DNA of 64,000 nt from Sphaerodactylus townsendi (lineage: Eukaryota), in assembly GCF_021028975.2 (NCBI RefSeq), contig NC_059426.1:70184001-70248000 (forward strand). Direction: 5' to 3'. Shown in pieces: positions 49,609 through 62,243 of this stretch. A program made the translations under genes and the position numbers. The stretch's first letter is position 1; each line of letters begins with the position of its first letter. Below the pieces are notes generated by a model. The model was not told the origin of the DNA. It searched no databases and saw only the letters and a program-made list of their open reading frames with translations.

Positions 49609-51053
49609 TTAGTTTCCTGAATGACAGTTTGAATTTGGGTCATTCTGGAAATTGCATGGATCAGTAGCAGCCAATAAGAATATTGTTCAAGATCAAGGCC
49701 TGTGAAGGGGACCTGTTGACTACAGGGCTGTGGTAAGCATATTCAATTAAATATGTAGCTTTGGTATTGTCAGAAGTCTAAAAATACTGAAAATGCACAG
49801 GACTCTGGACAAGGTACAATTAAATCAGATCAGGGTTAAGTAGGTGTCCCTTAATCCATTTCATATTTGTTCCAGAACTATGTTCTATGTTGTTTTACCC
49901 CTGATTTCTGGTTTTACTAGAAAAAAGTTCTAAAATTTGTTCCAGTATTAGACTATGCAGCTTGCCTCCATTTTTTTTGCTTCCAATAGTAAGTGTGTAA
50001 CATTTCCTTTACCATGTAATTATTTTGTTATTCCCCTCTGCCATGGAACTCCCCAAAAGTCCTTGAATTAGGGGGCTCTCTTCACCATCTCTTTGCTTCT
50101 CATAAGGGCACCATTTTCCAAATAATAATGAAGTGTGCTCAGGCTGAGCTATAATGGCTTGTTCACTGTACCTTGTGTCAGTAAGCTTAATGACAGTGTT
50201 TTCTGTGTAAGGTGGGATAGTTCTTTTCAGTTTTACAGATAGCTGTGCTTGGATAATAGATGCCAGTCAAAGTAGCAGAAACTTTGCATAACTTTGCAAG
50301 GCTAACTACTGTGTATGTCACTAGCCTCTACCCAGAAGGCTAAGGACATTTTAATTATCTCACCAGTTCCTGTCTAGAAAGACGGAGTTCTAGATTCTTT
50401 CCAAGTGACAAACATGTTGGATGGAAAGGAGTCATCAACATTCTCCAACACATTCTTATGACTGATAGTTATTTCATTCTCCATTTGGTGTGAATAAACA
50501 TTATTCAGCCATCAAGGAAAAAGCAATGGTGAGCTTGACATATTTTCATGTATTTCAGAGTGGGGGTTGGTGAGGGTTAAGTTGCCTTTAAAGATATTAC
50601 AAAGTTTGAAGAAATTTTATGTTCAGAGTATAAAATATTTTACTTTGAAAATCTTTTAACAGCATTATTGCATTCTAAAGATATCCTTTGATCTTTTCTC
50701 ACTAGTTCAAAAGATTTACATAAGGCTGCAAAGTTCCATCAGTATATTAATCTGGTAGCACTTTAGATGACTGATTATTGGTGAGAGGGGGATTTGCAGT
50801 GCAATACAAAGAAGAGTTAACACCCTTCAAAATTAATCTACCGTAAATTACTAGGCGTGGAAGGGTGTAACTTTTGCTTAGGGTTGCATTGTTAATCAGC
50901 AAGGGCCATGTTTAGTAGCAAATTTTTTTAAATTACTATCGTGATATATTTTTAATAATATGGAATAGAAAAATTATTCCTTAGTAATGAATTGTAGCAT
51001 TTATGTATGAAGTTGTAAAATGCCTTATGTTTCTATATCTTGATCACCTATGT

Positions 51054-51199
51054 CAGTGGTGGCGAACCTTTGGCACTCCAGATGTTATGGACTACAATTC
51101 CCATCAACCCCTGCCAGTATGGCCAAGTACCCCTGCTGGCAGGGGTTGGTGGGAATTGTAGTCCATAACATCTGGAGTGCCAAAGGTTCGCCACCACCA
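51054..51199. mobile_element. hAT-type hairpin MITE
   Basis: 62-bp arms (51056-51117 / 51136-51197) with 1 mismatch and an 18-nt loop. Begins CAGTGGTGGCGAACCT. Confidence 0.88.
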
Positions 51200-53459
51200 C
51201 AGATTATGTTAAAGTTTTAGCAGTTTTTATGAGTTAATGGATTCAATTACCCAATTAATTGGTTAAAGATAACAGATCAATCAACTACAAACTACAACTG
51301 GTGAGATTTAACTTTAAATTACAATTACAGATAGAAATATTAACTCAGTTAAAAGTTTATAAAACTTTAGAAGTCTTTAGGCATACATTATTCATGAAGA
51401 TTATTTTTCTTCTCTGAACTGTAATACATTTACATTTAAATCTGTTTGATTCAATATTCTTTAGACTGCTTTTTGATGTAACAAAAATGTTATTCAGCAG
51501 TTCTGACTATAAGGAAGGAGTAGCTTAGTATTTGTCATTATTATACTGCATTTAATATGAACACCACTTTATAGCCTATATTGTTTACTTGCTGATCAAT
51601 GCTATGAAAGAATATACAAAACTAAACTCATATGTACCTCTTGTAGTGATTTACAGTCCTTCTGCCCTTGTTGGTGAGCAAAACAGAGGGAAATTTTAAA
51701 ATGTGTATATCAGGTTCCAGAAAACAGAAAGGCAATTTTGAGCATCCTTGTTCCCAGTAGTTGAGGGGGGGCCAAGCAGAAAGGCTGAGTTGTAATCACA
51801 TTTCTAATCTTCATGGTGTTAGGGAGGCACACATGATTTGGGTCTTAACAACACTGATCTATCACTGAAGGGGAAACAGGAGGTTACATCTGCATCCCAA
51901 AACACTGATTCTCTTTAGACTCTGAAATACTTCAATTCACCCCAACTGCAGCAATTTCCATGCACAGATATCTGATAGTGAATACAGATTGCTACAGTTG
52001 AGAAATGACTGAGTAAAAAGTCAAGACAGAAGTTACTCTTGATTAAATGGTATGATCTTGCTTTTATCTCTTGGACTGGAATGTGAATAAGTTCTAAACT
52101 TTAGATACATTATTTCATTTTTAGTTACTTACCTTCTTGTTATTAATCACAATACTTCCTACTGGATATTGCCTATGAAAACTACCATCTCATAAAAGTG
52201 AGTACAGTACAAAACATAAATTAAAAAGCACATTCAAATATGCAAACTATATGCATTTCAAATTAATATGGAAATGATAGTTCTTAGTAATTCAGTTTTT
52301 GATGGTTTTCCTTTTTCTGCAGTTACATGTTAATTTTCCAGTATCAGCCTGAGTTTTTAAACTATGTTTTCCGGATGCTTTTATTCTGAGACACTGGATT
52401 TATTCAAAAAGTATTAGAAAAAAAGGAAATCATAAATGCATTTGAAATATTTAAGTGTATGCAGATTGTTTAGGCTTCACCCCTGTCAAATGGATACTAC
52501 CAAATATAATTTGCTTATTCAGAATTTTTTCGAGTTTGAAAATATAAATAATACATGTCAATTCCAGACATATTTATATTTGAAGGAGCTCTTCTAATTT
52601 GCAAAAATTCTAAAATCATGGACCTCAGAATTATGAGGTAAGTCATAGTGTTCCTACTACAAATGAGAAACTGAGGCCCCTTCCACACCTTCAGAATAAT
52701 GCACATTCAATCCACTTTCACAATTGTTTGAAAGTGGATTTTGCTATTTCGCACAGACCTAAGATAGGATCCCTGTTTTCCCAGTTCCTGTCTCATTTGC
52801 AGCAGCAAAAAACTGCTGCAGGGTCCAGTTGTTTGTCCGGCTGCTGGTTCCATATGTCTGCCCATATGTCTGCATCCATGTAGAACCAGGAGTGGGATGA
52901 ACAGTCCTCTGCATAGCAGGGTTTTGGTTTGTTTGCTGTTGAAAATGGTGAAGCGGAGAGGAGAGGAGAGGAGAGGGAAGGCTGAAGCACCCTCTGCCAC
53001 TGCGCCATCCTCCACAGCCAATTCAGGGCTCACCTGATCATTTTTAAGATGTGTTCTGGTCAAACCTTTAACATGAGTTGTTCTACATCTAAAGCAATGA
53101 GATCATTACTTTTTAATAGAATAGAATCTAAAAATTCAGAAATAATAGAATGTGGTAACAGATTGTTTGATGTTACACTAGGACAGCCTGTCAATAAGTT
53201 TGTGCCCTCACATAAGAGGAGTTGATCTGGAATTGTGAAGTGACTTAGCAATTGCTGATTTTAAAAATGGTAACACATTGGAAAAGGCAGACAGTGGAAA
53301 TGAGGCAAGGAGAATGTGGGTGGGACATTAAAAATGCACACCTTCTTATCTTCAGATTTACAGCATGCAAAGGTGTTTTGATTGCAGTTTTTCCAAAATG
53401 ATAATTTATTTATCTATTTATCTACTTACTTCATTTATCCCATTAAGACTCAAGGTCCA

Positions 53460-53691
53460 CAGTGCATAAAAAGTGCCTTCAAGTCACAGTTGACTTATGG
53501 CAACCCTGTAGGGTTTTCAAGTCAAGAGATGTTCAAAGGTGGTTTGCCAATGCCTACCCCCACATGGGCTGAGAGAGTTCTGAGAGAACTGTGACTGACC
53601 CAAGGTCATCCACCAGGCTTTGTGGAGGAGTCAGGAATCTGGTTCTTTAGATTATAGTCTTCTTCTCTTAACCACTACAATACATTGGCTC
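53460..53691 (-). mobile_element. Sauria-type SINE (tRNA head, RTE/BovB tail)
   Basis: 'aagtcacagttgacttatggcaaccctgtagggttttcaag' tail plus a reverse-complement tRNA-like head 'ttaaccactacaatacattggctc'. Confidence 0.7.
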
Positions 53692-53933
53692 ACAGGGTCC
53701 ATGACAGGGTTATAAAAGGCAATGCAATTAAGAAAATATAATGCAATAAAACTGAATCACACAAGGTAAAAAACAATTCAACAGAAAACCAAGTTAGGAA
53801 ACCAATAAATTAGATTTCACAGTTAAAGGATGCTGAATGTCAGACAGTATAATACTTTAAGTAGTTCAAGAGGAAAAAAGGGCCGTCAAGCAATTTCACA
53901 GGCAACTGAATTTAAAATTCTATTCTCTATATG

Positions 53934-53937
<4 letters not shown>

Positions 53938-53976
<39 letters not shown>

Positions 53977-54028
53977 CTCTATCTCTCTATCTCTCTATCT
54001 CTCTATCTATCTATCGAGAGAGAGAGAG
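53938..54028. repeat. Compound (CT)n/(CTAT)n/(GA)n microsatellite
   Basis: Directly visible. Confidence 0.95.
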
Positions 54029-54435
54029 TTAGTTTTACATGTTGCAGGCAAGGGGAGGAAATCTGTAGGCTTGGATCTTGATGTATTTTTCTGCCAGCAG
54101 AAGAATTCCCATCGATAGCACATGACTCTTTATTGTTCCCATTTTTTACAGCCCAAAATGGCCTCTTAATGCTGAATTGGGGAGGAAGGGGTGTCAGAGG
54201 GAGTCAGAGGAATTATTTATTTTATTCAATTTTTATTTTTTTAACTTATAGGCTGCCTCTCTCATATGGACTCAGCGTGGCTTTCAACTGTAATTAATAA
54301 CAGTACAGCAATTAAACATCAATCAAACATTCTTATCCCATATTCAACAGCATAAATCTCTATAAGAAATAATCAAAATTTAAACTAATTCCCATGAAAT
54401 CAACAATCACACTAGAAAAGTTAAGGAAAACAGAG

Positions 54436-54700
54436 GAAGAAAAGTTTGGATTTATATCCTCCCTTTCTCTCCTGTAAGGAGACTCAAAGAGTCTTACAAT
54501 CTCCTTCCCCCCCCCCCACAAACACCCTGTGAGGTGGGTGGGGCTGAGAGAGCTCTGAAGAACTGTGATGAATCAGCCATTTATTGGAGTGCATGGGCTA
54601 ATCTAGTTCCCCAGATAAACCTCCACAGCTTAAGTGGCAGAACAGGGAATCAAACTCGGTTCTCCAGATTAGAGTGCACCTGCTCTTAACCATTATGCCA
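54436..54700 (-). mobile_element. tRNA-derived SINE (same family as 30283)
   Basis: Reverse-complement homology to 30283-30553. Confidence 0.85.
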
Positions 54701-54859
54701 TTGCATGGAGAAAGGAGGGAAAGGAAGGGACAGGGAAGGGAAAGAGAGGCAAGCTATATGAATACCATTTCTGTCCTCAACTGTAGGCCTGACGGAACAG
54801 ATCCATCTTACAGGCCCTGTGAAATTGTGCTAAGTCTTGCAGGGCCTGGGTCTCATTTG

Positions 54860-55255
54860 GCAGAGCATTATACCAGACTGGGTCCAGAGCTGCAAAAACA
54901 CTGGTCTTGGTTGAGAGCAGTCAGATAGCTTTTGGGCCAGAGATCACAACTGAGTTGGTATTTTCTGAGTGTAGAGCTTTTGGGGGAACATATTGGAAGA
55001 GGCCCCAAACCATTTAAGGCTGTAAAGGTTAGTAGCAGAACCATGAACCTGATTTGGTACTCCATCCAGAGCTAATACAGCTGGCAGAGCACTGGCCGGA
55101 TATGTGCCCACCATAGTGTCCTAGTGAGGACCAAAGCCACCACATTTTGCACCAGCTGGAGTTTTAAAGCAGCCTTAAGAGCAGCCCTGTGCAGAGAGAG
55201 TTGCAGTAATCTAACCTAGAGGTGACCACTGCATGGATCACAGTAACTCAAAGTC
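54860..55255 (-). mobile_element. L2 LINE ORF2 fragment
   Basis: Minus-strand translation VIHAVVTSRLDYCNSL and EYQIRFMVLLLTFTALNGLGP. Confidence 0.8.
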
Positions 55256-55507
55256 AGGTTGAGATAGCAGCCTTGCTTGGTGAAGAAGATAAAATGCCAG
55301 ATGGGCATTTTATCTTCTTCACACACCAAGTGGCATGCTGAGATTCTGTCTCCAATTGCTACCCTATTTTGTCAGCTGAAATTCTCCATAAGATCCAATG
55401 CTTAATATACATGTCCTAACTGGGACTCTATATGAAGAAGGCAGTGGGGAAGAGGAGGGCATAGCTGCATATGAAGCCAGCATTCTTGTTCTGCCTTTTA
55501 ATGTTCA

Positions 55508-55845
55508 GGTGGCATGCAAGAGAGGGGAAGGAAGGGGAGGGTCCCGGCAGCTGGACATGGCCCACCCACCCTAGCAGAGGGAGGGGAGGGAGTGGCATGC
55601 AAGGGAAGGGGAGTGAGAGAGGGGAGGGAGTGAGGGGTGACTTACAAAGGAGGGGAGGGAGGGGAGGGGGCCTGGCATCTGGACCTGCCCCACCCACCCT
55701 AGTGGAGAGAGGTGGAGGAGAGTAAATGAGTGAGGGGTGGCATGCAAGAGAGGGGAAGGAAGGGGAGGGTCCCGGCAGCTGGACATGGCCCACCCACCCT
55801 AGCGGAGGGAGGGGGAGAGAGTAGCATGCAAGGGAAGGGGAGGGA
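55508..55845. repeat. G-rich direct repeat (228-bp period)
   Basis: A ~105-bp block 'ggtggcatgcaagagaggggaagg...cccacccaccctagc.gag' at 55508 and 55736. Confidence 0.9.
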
Positions 55846-55978
55846 GGTTCATCATGGGTCGTTTCATAATGTGTAAATCAACTCTTTTCATGTTACAGAA
55901 GACGTCTGAAGAAAAACAGCTTTTAAAGCTATTTCAATTCAATTAATTTCTCCTTAACTGCCTCTGAAGTAATCCAAA

Positions 55979-56968
55979 ATGGAAGCAGAAGACACAGCCA
56001 AGGGGAACCATACCACAGTGACTGAGTTCATTCTCTTTGGTTTCACAGATCATAAAGAGGTACAGGTAGTCCTCTTTGTCCTCTTCCTAGTCATCTATAT
56101 TGCCACTTTCATGGGGAACATTGGCATCATCATTCTAATCTGGATCAGTCCAAGTCTTCACACTCCAATGTACTTTTTCCTGAACAACCTGGCCTTCCTT
56201 GACCTCAGTTATTCTTCTGCCATTACTCCCAAAATGCTGGTCAATTTCTTAACAGGAAGGAAAACCATTTCACTTGCAGGATGTATTGTGCAAATGTATT
56301 TGTTTGCTTCCTTTGCAGATGCAGAGTGCCTCCTGCTAGCTGCAATGGCATATGACCGTTACATGGCCATTTGTAATCCACTGCTCTATCCAGTTCTCAT
56401 GTCCCGCAAGGTTTGTGCATGGCTGGTAGCTGGCTCTTATCTCACCGGCAGCATGAGCTCATTGGTACATACGTATTATACCTTCCATCTTTCCTTCTGC
56501 AGTTCCAATGTCATTAACCATTTCTTCTGTGACATCCCTCCATTATTAGCTCTCTCTTGCACCAATACTCATATCAATGAAATCCTTCTCTTTGCCCTGT
56601 GTGGCTTGATACAATCAAGCACCTTCTTGGTCATCTTGATCTCTTATGCTTATATCCTTTGCACAGTCCTGAGGATACAGTCTGTCCAAGGCCGCCACAA
56701 AGCTTTTTCAACTTGTACTTCCCACTTGACAGCTGTTGTCTTTTATTATGGAGCGCTTCTCTTTACCTATTTGCGGCCAAGCTCCAGCTATGCCTTGGAC
56801 ACAGACAAAATAATCTCAGTGTTCTATACTATGGTGTTTCCCATGGTGAACCCTTTGATCTACAGCTTGAGGAATGAAGAAGTGAAGGATACCCTCAAGA
56901 GAATATTGCAGAGAAAAGTGGTGGCGCTCAGAAGGAATGGAGATTGCTCTCAGTGCATTAGACAATAA
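55979..56968 (+). CDS. OR5AS1: Olfactory receptor 5AS1-like (329 aa, intact)
   Basis: All OR motifs present. [46 protein letters not shown] and FYT.VFPM match recalled human OR5AS1. Acceptor tttcatgttacAG at 55897-55898. The OR call is near certain; the symbol is less so. Confidence 0.9.
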   Translation: MEAEDTAKGNHTTVTEFILFGFTDHKEVQVVLFVLFLVIYIATFMGNIGIIILIWISPSLHTPMYFFLNNLAFLDLSYSSAITPKMLVNFLTGRKTISLAGCIVQMYLFASFADAECLLLAAMAYDRYMAICNPLLYPVLMSRKVCAWLVAGSYLTGSMSSLVHTYYTFHLSFCSSNVINHFFCDIPPLLALSCTNTHINEILLFALCGLIQSSTFLVILISYAYILCTVLRIQSVQGRHKAFSTCTSHLTAVVFYYGALLFTYLRPSSSYALDTDKIISVFYTMVFPMVNPLIYSLRNEEVKDTLKRILQRKVVALRRNGDCSQCIRQ

Positions 56969-57047
56969 AATGGAGTTTCTGTTTTGCCAATTTTTGTATG
57001 GCACTACTCACAAATGTGGGCTTGAAGTAATGGAACCCCAACAACTA

Positions 57048-58026
57048 CCGTATATACTCACATATAAGTCGAATTTTTCAGCACATTTTTTGCCCCCCTC
57101 AACTTATATACGAGTGAGGTGTATTTTAAAAAATATTTTAGGGTTTTTATTTTGTGGTCCGGCAGGGGGTGCAGTTTTTAGGCTAGTGGCACCAAAATTT
57201 CAGGCTATCATCAAGTGACACTCCCGATGATACCAGCCAGGTTGGGTAAAGTTTGGCTCAGGGAGTCAAAAGTTATGGACCCCCAAAGGGGGTGCCCCCA
57301 TCCCCCATTGTTTCCAATGGGAGCTAATAGTAGATCGGGCTACATTTTGAGGGTCCGTAACTTTGGACCCCTTGAACCAAACTTCACTAAACCTGGGTGG
57401 TATCATCAGGATAATCACATGCTGATACCAGCCAGGTTTGGTGATATTTGGTTCAGGGGGTCCAAAGTTATGGATCCCCAAAGTGGGTGCTCCCATCCCC
57501 CATTGTTTCCAATGGAAGCTAATAGTAGATGGGGCTACCCTTTTGAGGGTCCATAACTTTGGACCCTCTGAACCAAACTTCACCAAACCTGGGTGGTATC
57601 ATCAGGAGGGTCTCCTAACAATACTCTGAAATGTTGGTACTGCTAACATAAACATTCCTCCCCTGACCAAACATCCAGTTTTGAAGGATTTTAACTCTTG
57701 TGTTTTAGCTTGGTTGCTAATTGAGCCAAGGTTTTTGTACTTTTAAAGTTATTGTTGAGATCATATTGTTTTTGTTGACCCTCTTTTCCACTTACAGAGC
57801 TAGTTTACTGTTTTTCTTTGAAATAAATATTCAAAAACATTAAATCTACTGATGCCTCAATTAATGTAATTTTATTGGTATCTATTTTTATTTTTGAAAT
57901 TTACCAGTAGCTGCTGCGTTTCCCACCCTCGACTTATATGCGAGTCAATAAGTTTTCCCAGTTTTTTGTGGTAAAATTAGGTGCCTTGACTTATATGTGG
58001 GTTGACTTATACACAAGTATATATGG
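57048..58026. mobile_element. Tc2/pogo-like non-autonomous element carrying the ~187-bp hairpin modules
   Basis: TA-flanked TIRs CCGTATATACTC.. / ..AAGTATATATGG. Lies 80 bp after the OR stop codon. Sister of 9313-10013. Confidence 0.88.
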
Positions 58027-58836
58027 TATTCATCCAAAAATAGCAAGACAGAACAACAGCTTGTCCAAATAAACATGTTCAGAGTGGAAGAGCTTTGATG
58101 AGTGTGCAGAACAATTGCCTGCGGAACAGCTTTCAATGTAGGGAGCTATAATATACAAAGGAGAGTTCAGAGCACAAGAAATCCTTGTATATATACCTGG
58201 GTGCTCATGGATTTCATGACTTCAGACTATGGCATTCCAGATCTAGAATTCAACTGTGATAGTGGTGTCACCTATGATAAAAATGGAAGTGGGGATCTTC
58301 TTGCTAAAATGTAAAAACTGTTATTGGCAAGCTGCGATAATTAAATGTATTTCAAATTATAGAATTAAAATGAATGTATTTCAGCAAATTATATAGTTTA
58401 AACTGTTAAATTTTTCAACCGATGGTATCATCTTTGTGCCCTGTTAACGAGAACTCAGTAGTATTTGCTAATCCTTAGGTTTAGTTCAGCCAGACTAGCT
58501 TTGCATTTTATCTGAACTGGGTGAACATTCCATGGCGTTGATTTCTGAAAGTGCTGTTGTTACCATGATATTAATGCAAACTGGACAAAGCTGGGGCTGA
58601 CTGGAATGTTCTCCACCAGAAAAAAATTAGAAGGAAAAGAGGAACTTTACAGAGGGCTTAAAGGGTTTGCTTAAAGGTTCCTCAAGGGTTTCTTTTTATG
58701 CTTTTTGCTGGGTTGGCATTCCCAATCTACAAACATTTCATCCCATTTTTGCCTTAAAATTATCCGTTTTAAAGGACAGTGATATCATGTAGCAGATTCA
58801 GCTGTGACATTACTGAAAACCAACAATTCTAGTACT

Positions 58837-59300
58837 GATGTAGTGGTTAGGAGCAGGTAGACTCTAATCTGGAAAATCAGGTTTGATTTCCCACTCTTCC
58901 ATATGAGTGGTGGACTCTTATCTGGTGAACTGGATTTGTTTCTCCGCTTCTGCACATGAAGCTTGTTGGGTGACCTTGGGCTAGTCACAGTTCTTCAGAA
59001 CTCTCTCAGCCCAACCTAGCTCATAAGGTTCCTGTTGTGGGGAGAGCAGTGACGAAGGGAGGGGAAACTGCATCTGAGACATGAACTGCCTGCATGCCCC
59101 CTCCTTCCCTGCCCCGACAGGCCCCCGACCCCACCCTTAACACGTGTCTGCAGTGGCAGTGCCCGGGGCGAGCCGCCCCAGATGTCCCCATTGCAGCTCT
59201 GCCTCTGGGGGAGAGGAAGGGAAGGAGTTTGTAAGCAGCTTTGAGACTCCTTACAGTTCAGAAAAGTGAGATATAAATCCAAACTCTTTTTCTTCTTTCT
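58837..59300 (+). mobile_element. tRNA-derived SINE interrupted by a hAT MITE
   Basis: A and B boxes present; homologous to 30283-30553 on both sides of the insert. Confidence 0.8.
59047..59207. mobile_element. hAT MITE
   Basis: CAGTGACGAAG ... CTCTGCCTCTG termini; perfect 8-bp TSD GGGGAGAG (59039-59046, 59208-59215). Confidence 0.85.
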
Positions 59301-60257
59301 AATCTAATTCAGAGTAAGGGGGATGTCTAATTATGAAAAAGTATCTGCTTTCAGAGTTAGGTTTATTTGCCCTTATTAATGTCATGACACAGTCAAATCT
59401 GATATGATAACATGGTGAAGCGCAATATGGAGAAAAAATGCTGATTGAGATGCAGCTGATTGGAGTTGCAAAATAGCTCACTGTGTAGTTGTTATTGGAA
59501 ACCCATCTACAGGAGATGATTTTCTTGAATGTGGGCAAAATGCCTTCTTTCTGGCTGCTCCCCATGAAGAAACTCCCCAAAAATCAACCCAGTGGTGATT
59601 ACTGCAGGAAGGAAGAACTGACAGTTGGATCCAATGAACATTTCTGCTGAAGAAAGGGGATGAAGGGTATGAATTTGCTAATTCATCCTTCTCACAGCAT
59701 ACCTCCACCCCCACCCCCGATGTTACAGGGGATCCCTTATCCCACAGAAGCAGCATTAAAAGCATTTGAAGCTGAAATGGGAGGACGGAGATGGGAAAAT
59801 TACACTCAGTCAATCAGTGGAGATTCTTCTGTTGGTGGAGATTTCCTAACCCTAAATCACAAAAAAGTCACCATGATTTGGCTTAGTGCTGCACACAGTA
59901 CAATAATTTGCATAGTAATCAGGAATACACATTGAAAATAAGAACCAGCATTTATTTGATATTTCCATAAAGGATGGAGCCAAGTCTGCACTTGCAGCAC
60001 AGTTTTTATTGGCATGTGAATCTCCTGAATGTGCACTGGGACACTGCAAACAGTTGTGCTGCTACCCAAGATGTAGACACAGTCTCTCAATAAAGTGGGG
60101 AACATTAGCTCAGAGCATACTGATTCTTAATATTATGAGAGGCTGGGTAGGAAATGTTTAGTACAAATGTATACTAAGGTCAGCTCTTGGAAGAAATCCA
60201 CAGAGAGGAATATAATGCAAATTTGACAGTCTTTATTGTAGGGATAAGGGGTTCACA

Positions 60258-60398
60258 NNNNNNNNNNNNNNNNNNNNNNNNNNNNNNNNNNNNNNNNNNN
60301 NNNNNNNNNNNNNNNNNNNNNNNNNNNNNNNNNNNNNNNNNNNNNNNNNNNNNNNNNNNNNNNNNNNNNNNNNNNNNNNNNNNNNNNNNNNNNNNNNN
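60258..60398. other. Assembly gap (N run)
   Basis: 141 Ns. Confidence 1.
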
Positions 60399-60399
60399 A

Positions 60400-61130
60400 A
60401 AATAGGTCTGGAATAGAGATGGGTATGGGGTATATGGGTAATATGACCTGATGATGATGGGAAGAAGATCCAGGGTTCAGAGGCAAACAGCCAGTGTCTG
60501 GTTCCAGGGGGCAATGCTTTGGACACAGCAACAAAGATGGAAAGGTGTCAATGACTCTGAGCTATTGGACCTTTGGAGGGTGGGGCATTTATAGGATGAA
60601 GGACCACCTCTAGGAGGTGTCTGGATGACCCCGGGGATATTTCAGGAGGGCTTTGATCGTTGAGGACAAAGATTTGGGATGTGCAAGATGGAAATTGAGA
60701 GGAGAAGGGTGATTAAGAGTAATGGGAGAGACATTAAGTGGATTGGTGTAGAGGGGAGTTGTCTACCTGGATAGGTAGTTGATGAAATTACAGTAGAGAG
60801 ACAATAGAATGCAAACTAAGTCAGTCAGGAGAAGTTAGTCATAGAAGGAAGTATCTGGGTTAAGACAATCAGGGGAGGTAATGCAATCAGGGGTCCTTTT
60901 GTGTCTGGAATAGACATGGAGATGAGGACCCATCTTGCGGGGCAGTTGTATTGTGCTGAGGGTACACCCTTCCTTGGGTGTAGAGCTGAGAATGCATTGT
61001 TATGGAAAGCAGGCTGAGAGCATGGGAGAACAAAGGAGTTTCTGGAAGGTTCTTGTAGGCAGACATGGCCATCTTAGTTCTGCAATGCCAGTCTCGCCTT
61101 TTAGACTAGCAAATTGGTAGGGATATTTGG
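60400..61130 (-). mobile_element. Old L2-like LINE ORF2 fragment
   Basis: Purine-rich plus strand with decayed L2-like peptide patches on the minus strand; weak. Confidence 0.4.
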
Positions 61131-61242
61131 AAACAAGCACTATGCCCCTCCTCTATGCCAGGGCGGTGAGATAACAGTGCTCTCCAAATTGTGACCATTG
61201 TGTGGTTTTATACTGCATGTACTCCACAACAGTATACAGTAA

Positions 61243-61673
61243 GGCCCTTTCCGCACAGCAGAAAGGGCTCCCCTGCACCGGCAGGAATTCTGCTGATGGA
61301 GGGGTGGGGGCCGTTCGCATGGGAGCATGGGAGCGGCCCCCGCAGAGGCCGGCACCGGAGAGGCGGCTCTGCACGGAACCACCTCTTCCCCGTCCCTCTC
61401 CCACTCACCTCGTCGCCTTCGTCGCCCTGCTGGCCTCCCAAGACCCACCCACGCTGCCCTCCAACCTCCAGAGGTCGGAGGACAGCGAGGGAGGGTCTTA
61501 GGAGGCCAGCAGGGCGATGAAGGCGACGAGGTGAGTGGGAGAGGGACAGGGAAAACAGCGTGTTCCTGGCAGTGCAGTTCGCACCACGCCGCCGGGAATG
61601 CGCTGTTTTCCAAAAACCTCCCTCCAGGAGGCAGGTTTTTGGAGGCAGCCTGATGCCGCCCTGGGGGAGGGGG
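61243..61673. mobile_element. Harbinger-like MITE (left part), interrupted by the copia element
   Basis: TAA|GGCCCTTTCCGCAC start; internal inverted repeat at ~61390-61445 / ~61495-61550. Confidence 0.7.
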
Positions 61674-62122
61674 TGTTGGGGAATTGTTTCCCTATTTGGG
61701 TAATAAGCAGAGTGAGAGGAAAGACCAGGAGACTTTTGCTGTGATTATAAAAAGAAACTTTACTTAACTAAATCAGGGTAGGGTATACATGGAATAAACA
61801 TAACAAATCCTTACTATTCTAGTACAAACTTAGTTGCAGAACTTAGGCACATTTGAGCCCACATGTGGCCTAGGCATTCACCTCTTAAGGTGAATCCATC
61901 TTACAGGTACAAGAAAAAGAGAATGGAGTGTGAGACAAAGAAATATAGTTAACTTTATAACCTCTGACCTACGTGCTCTGCCTCACCTAAGCAATGTCGG
62001 ATTAACTGCCCAATGACTAATCAATGAATAGATAGCAAGACACTGACCTCACTAGCTAGTTAACATGCACACAGTTAACCCCTTGTTATCTGGATTGTGA
62101 CAGACACTTGCAAATCCTAACA
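61674..62122 (-). mobile_element. 3' LTR of the Ty1/copia element
   Basis: Minus strand TGTTAGG...CCAACA, preceded by the polypurine tract GAGAAGGGGTT (62133-62123). Confidence 0.88.
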
Positions 62123-62243
62123 AACCCCTTCTCAAGTGTCATTGTCACAATGCACTTGCAATCATAAAATCATAAAGCTTAATCATAACAGTAAAACAAA
62201 ATTCAACTTCATCATAACAATGCAGATATCAAATTCAATCACA

